Shown one piece after another: positions 61,885-64,000 of a stretch of 64,000 nt of DNA; within the stretch, counting starts at the first letter, position 1, and every line of letters begins with the position of its first letter. The position numbers and the translations under genes were made by a program. Below the pieces are notes generated by a model, which saw only the letters and a program-made list of their open reading frames with translations, was not told the DNA's origin and made no database searches. Origin of the DNA: a bacterium (lineage in GTDB: Bacteria; SAR324; NAC60-12); NCBI GenBank assembly GCA_965209155.1, contig OZ242383.1, positions 1,760,001 through 1,824,000 on the forward strand. Direction: 5' to 3'.

Positions 61885-62030
61885 CACTATGCTCTGCCCC
61901 AAACTGACAGCTCAATTCTGCGTTGATCTAAGCCGCTTCGCGGCGGTTTTTCCTGCCTCTACTCCCTTCGTTTTTTCTAAAACAAGTCTTAGCCGATTGT
62001 GATCGCATCCCTTCAGGCATCGAGAGTCCG

Positions 62031-62261
62031 CTTAAGAAACATGGAATATCGTTTTTCGATGCTCAATATGTGTTTGCAGATCCTAAACGCATCGTGGTTA
62101 AAAATCTCAATCATAGCGAAACTGAGGAACGATTTTATTGTTTTGGAAAAGTGAATGATGAGATTTTAACAGTCAGATATACATATCGGGGTAATAAAAT
62201 CAGGATTTTTGGTGCAGGATATTGGCGAAAAGGGAGAACAGCTTATGAAGAACAAAATTAA
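62031..62261 (+). pseudogene. BrnT-family toxin, 5'-truncated
   Basis: LKKHGISFFDAQYVFADP..HSETEERFYCFG..IRIFGAGYWRKG; N-terminal FEWD missing. Confidence 0.8.
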
Positions 62262-62488
62262 ATATACTGATGAACCGATGGATTTTGAGGTAATTGAAGA
62301 TTTTCTTCCGCCTCCGACAGACTTCGTGTTTAGAAGAGACTGTAAAAGTAACAATCAATCTCAACAAGTCAAGTGTAAAGTTCTTCAAAACAAAAGCGCA
62401 GGAAGTTGGGGTTCCCTATCAAAAAATGATCCGTAAAATAGTGGATTTATATGCAACCCGATACAGTGATGAGGAGACTACTCAATAA
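62245..62488 (+). pseudogene. CopG/BrnA-like antitoxin, frameshifted
   Basis: MKNKIKYTDEP..DFLPPP in one frame; EETVKVTINL..PYQKMIR in another; shift near 62330. Confidence 0.78.
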
Positions 62489-62690
62489 AAGATTAAAAAA
62501 TGAACCGAGTACAATCGAACAGTCAGCCAAACCTTAGCACTATGAATAATCCAAGTCTAAAAAGGAATAGATTTTCTGGGCTTGATTCTTTCCAATGGTC
62601 CAAACTTGACGCAGAAGAAAAAACAGCAGTGCTCAGGAAGAAAAAAGGGTCGGACTCCTCCCCTTTTTCACGAGGACAGGATTTGCGCGC

Positions 62691-63662
62691 TTACCATCTG
62701 AAAGGGTTGATCAGTCTGGCGAGGAGGCCTCGTTTGCGTTTCATCCTCGTGGTGCCAAAACTGCCCTGTCCGCCCCGCAGCCTGGGGTCGAGCAGATCCC
62801 GCATGGCATCGCCGAACATGTTGAGACTGTAAACGGTAATAGTCAGGGCAAAACCAGGCCAGAGCGCCAGCCAAGGCGCCTGCTCCATGTATCGACGCCC
62901 TTCCCAACTGAGCAGAGTTCCCCAACTGGGAATGTCCGGTGGCAGACCGAATCCGAGGAAGCTCAGCGAAGCTTCACTGATAATCACCCCGCCGATGTTG
63001 ATGCTGAAGATGATGATGACGGGCGCCATAATATTGGGCAGGACATGGCGTAAAAGGATTTGGCTCGTGGGGGTGCCCACGGCCTTGGCTGCCAGAAAGT
63101 AGTCATTCTCTTTGACCCCAATCACAGCGCCTCGGACGACTCTGGAACCGACGATGCCTCCGGCGATCCCCAGGACCACGATGATCTGGAAGAGACCCTC
63201 TCCCACGATGGACATGATGGTTAACAAGAGCAGAAGTCCCGGGAAAGCCATCCAGGCGTCGACAAAGCGCTGCACCACCAAGTCCACTTTCCCCCCAAGG
63301 AATCCGGAAATGCCGCCGATCAGGACCGCGACGAGAACATTGATCGTGGTGGCGGCCAGACCGACAATTAAGGAAAGACGAGCCCCGTAGACCAGGCGGC
63401 TCAAGAAGTCTCGCCCCAACTGATCGGTCCCCAGCAGATACTGGGCGGATGCGCCCTGCAGCCGGTCTCTCAGGTGCATTTCCGTATAGCCATAGGGAGC
63501 CAGCACATCGGCAAAAAGCGCCACCAGAATCAAGAGCAAGAGGATAATCCCGCCGAACGTCCCCAGCGGTTTCTCCTTGACCAGCCTGATGAAGAAATTC
63601 GCAAACCAGCCCCGTCGCTTGGGCTCAATGATTTTGGTTGGTCTCTCTGTAGTGTTGCTCAT
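62691..63662 (-). CDS. ABC transporter permease, DppC-like (paralogue of 55222-56193)
   Basis: Same length (323 aa), identical N-terminus, same motifs. Confidence 0.93.
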   Translation of the reverse strand: MSNTTERPTKIIEPKRRGWFANFFIRLVKEKPLGTFGGIILLLLILVALFADVLAPYGYTEMHLRDRLQGASAQYLLGTDQLGRDFLSRLVYGARLSLIVGLAATTINVLVAVLIGGISGFLGGKVDLVVQRFVDAWMAFPGLLLLLTIMSIVGEGLFQIIVVLGIAGGIVGSRVVRGAVIGVKENDYFLAAKAVGTPTSQILLRHVLPNIMAPVIIIFSINIGGVIISEASLSFLGFGLPPDIPSWGTLLSWEGRRYMEQAPWLALWPGFALTITVYSLNMFGDAMRDLLDPRLRGGQGSFGTTRMKRKRGLLARLINPFRW

Positions 63663-63679
63663 GATCCCGATTTCTCTAT

Positions 63680-63753
63680 CGGTAGGGCCGAGTGACGTCC
63701 CGGCCTGAAAAACGCACCGCTCCCCTTGGCCGGGACGTGACCCGCCCCTACCG
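63680..63753. repeat. GTAG-type REP doublet, second copy
   Basis: Near-identical to 56211-56284. Confidence 0.75.
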
Positions 63754-63800
63754 TTTTCTTGTCTGTTAAACCCAACTCCTCATACATTCCGCGCCAGCGA

Positions 63801-64000
63801 CTATTCATACCGCACCCTGGGGTCTAAATAAGTATAAATCAGATCGATCAGGAGATTGATCCCCATCACCGCAGCGCCGAAAAACAGGTTGATTCCCGAG
63901 ACCACCGGGTAGTCTCTGTCATTGAGGGCATCCACCATGAGACGCCCGAGCCCCGGCAGGTTGAAGATGTTCTCCATGATCACGGCGCCCCCGATCAGGA
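63801..64000 (-). CDS. ABC transporter permease, DppB-like (3' end only)
   Basis: LPGLGRLMVDALNDRDYP..DPRVRYE. Confidence 0.9.
   Translation of the reverse strand, partial: LIGGAVIMENIFNLPGLGRLMVDALNDRDYPVVSGINLFFGAAVMGINLLIDLIYTYLDPRVRYE

Overview
Bacterial chromosomal window. Gene style suggests a Deltaproteobacteria/SAR324-like organism; this is an inference and was not verified. A housekeeping core at about 21-54 kb holds lpxB, dtd, an HtrA protease, ribD-reductase/ribBA, rlmB, rodA, iscA/bolA, gyrA, a degenerate dnaA paralogue, dnaB, rplI-rpsR-rpsF-pth-rplY, ispG, rsmA, tRNA-Arg(CCT), an expanded secA and a sulfurtransferase. Two accessory zones flank it. The left zone (1-21 kb) has a Dpp/Opp-type ABC operon with catabolic genes, many gene fragments, internally deleted ISAzo13 and IS110 elements, an AlbA/Schlafen protein, a SWIM-SNF2 helicase and several damaged toxin-antitoxin (TA) modules. 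The right zone (54-64 kb) has two paralogous Dpp-type operons, TA modules, a group IIC intron remnant, a (GGGTGCC)13 array and an Rpn pseudogene. The most notable observations are: (i) a 20-bp site repeated exactly where two consecutive TA cassettes are clipped; (ii) a four-helix-bundle gene nested in hexamer inverted repeats and IS200/605-type hairpins; (iii) a DnaA paralogue lacking the ATP-hydrolysis and oligomerisation residues; (iv) SecA carrying three copies of a ~60-aa inserted module. All calls come from manual motif reading; no database searches were run.
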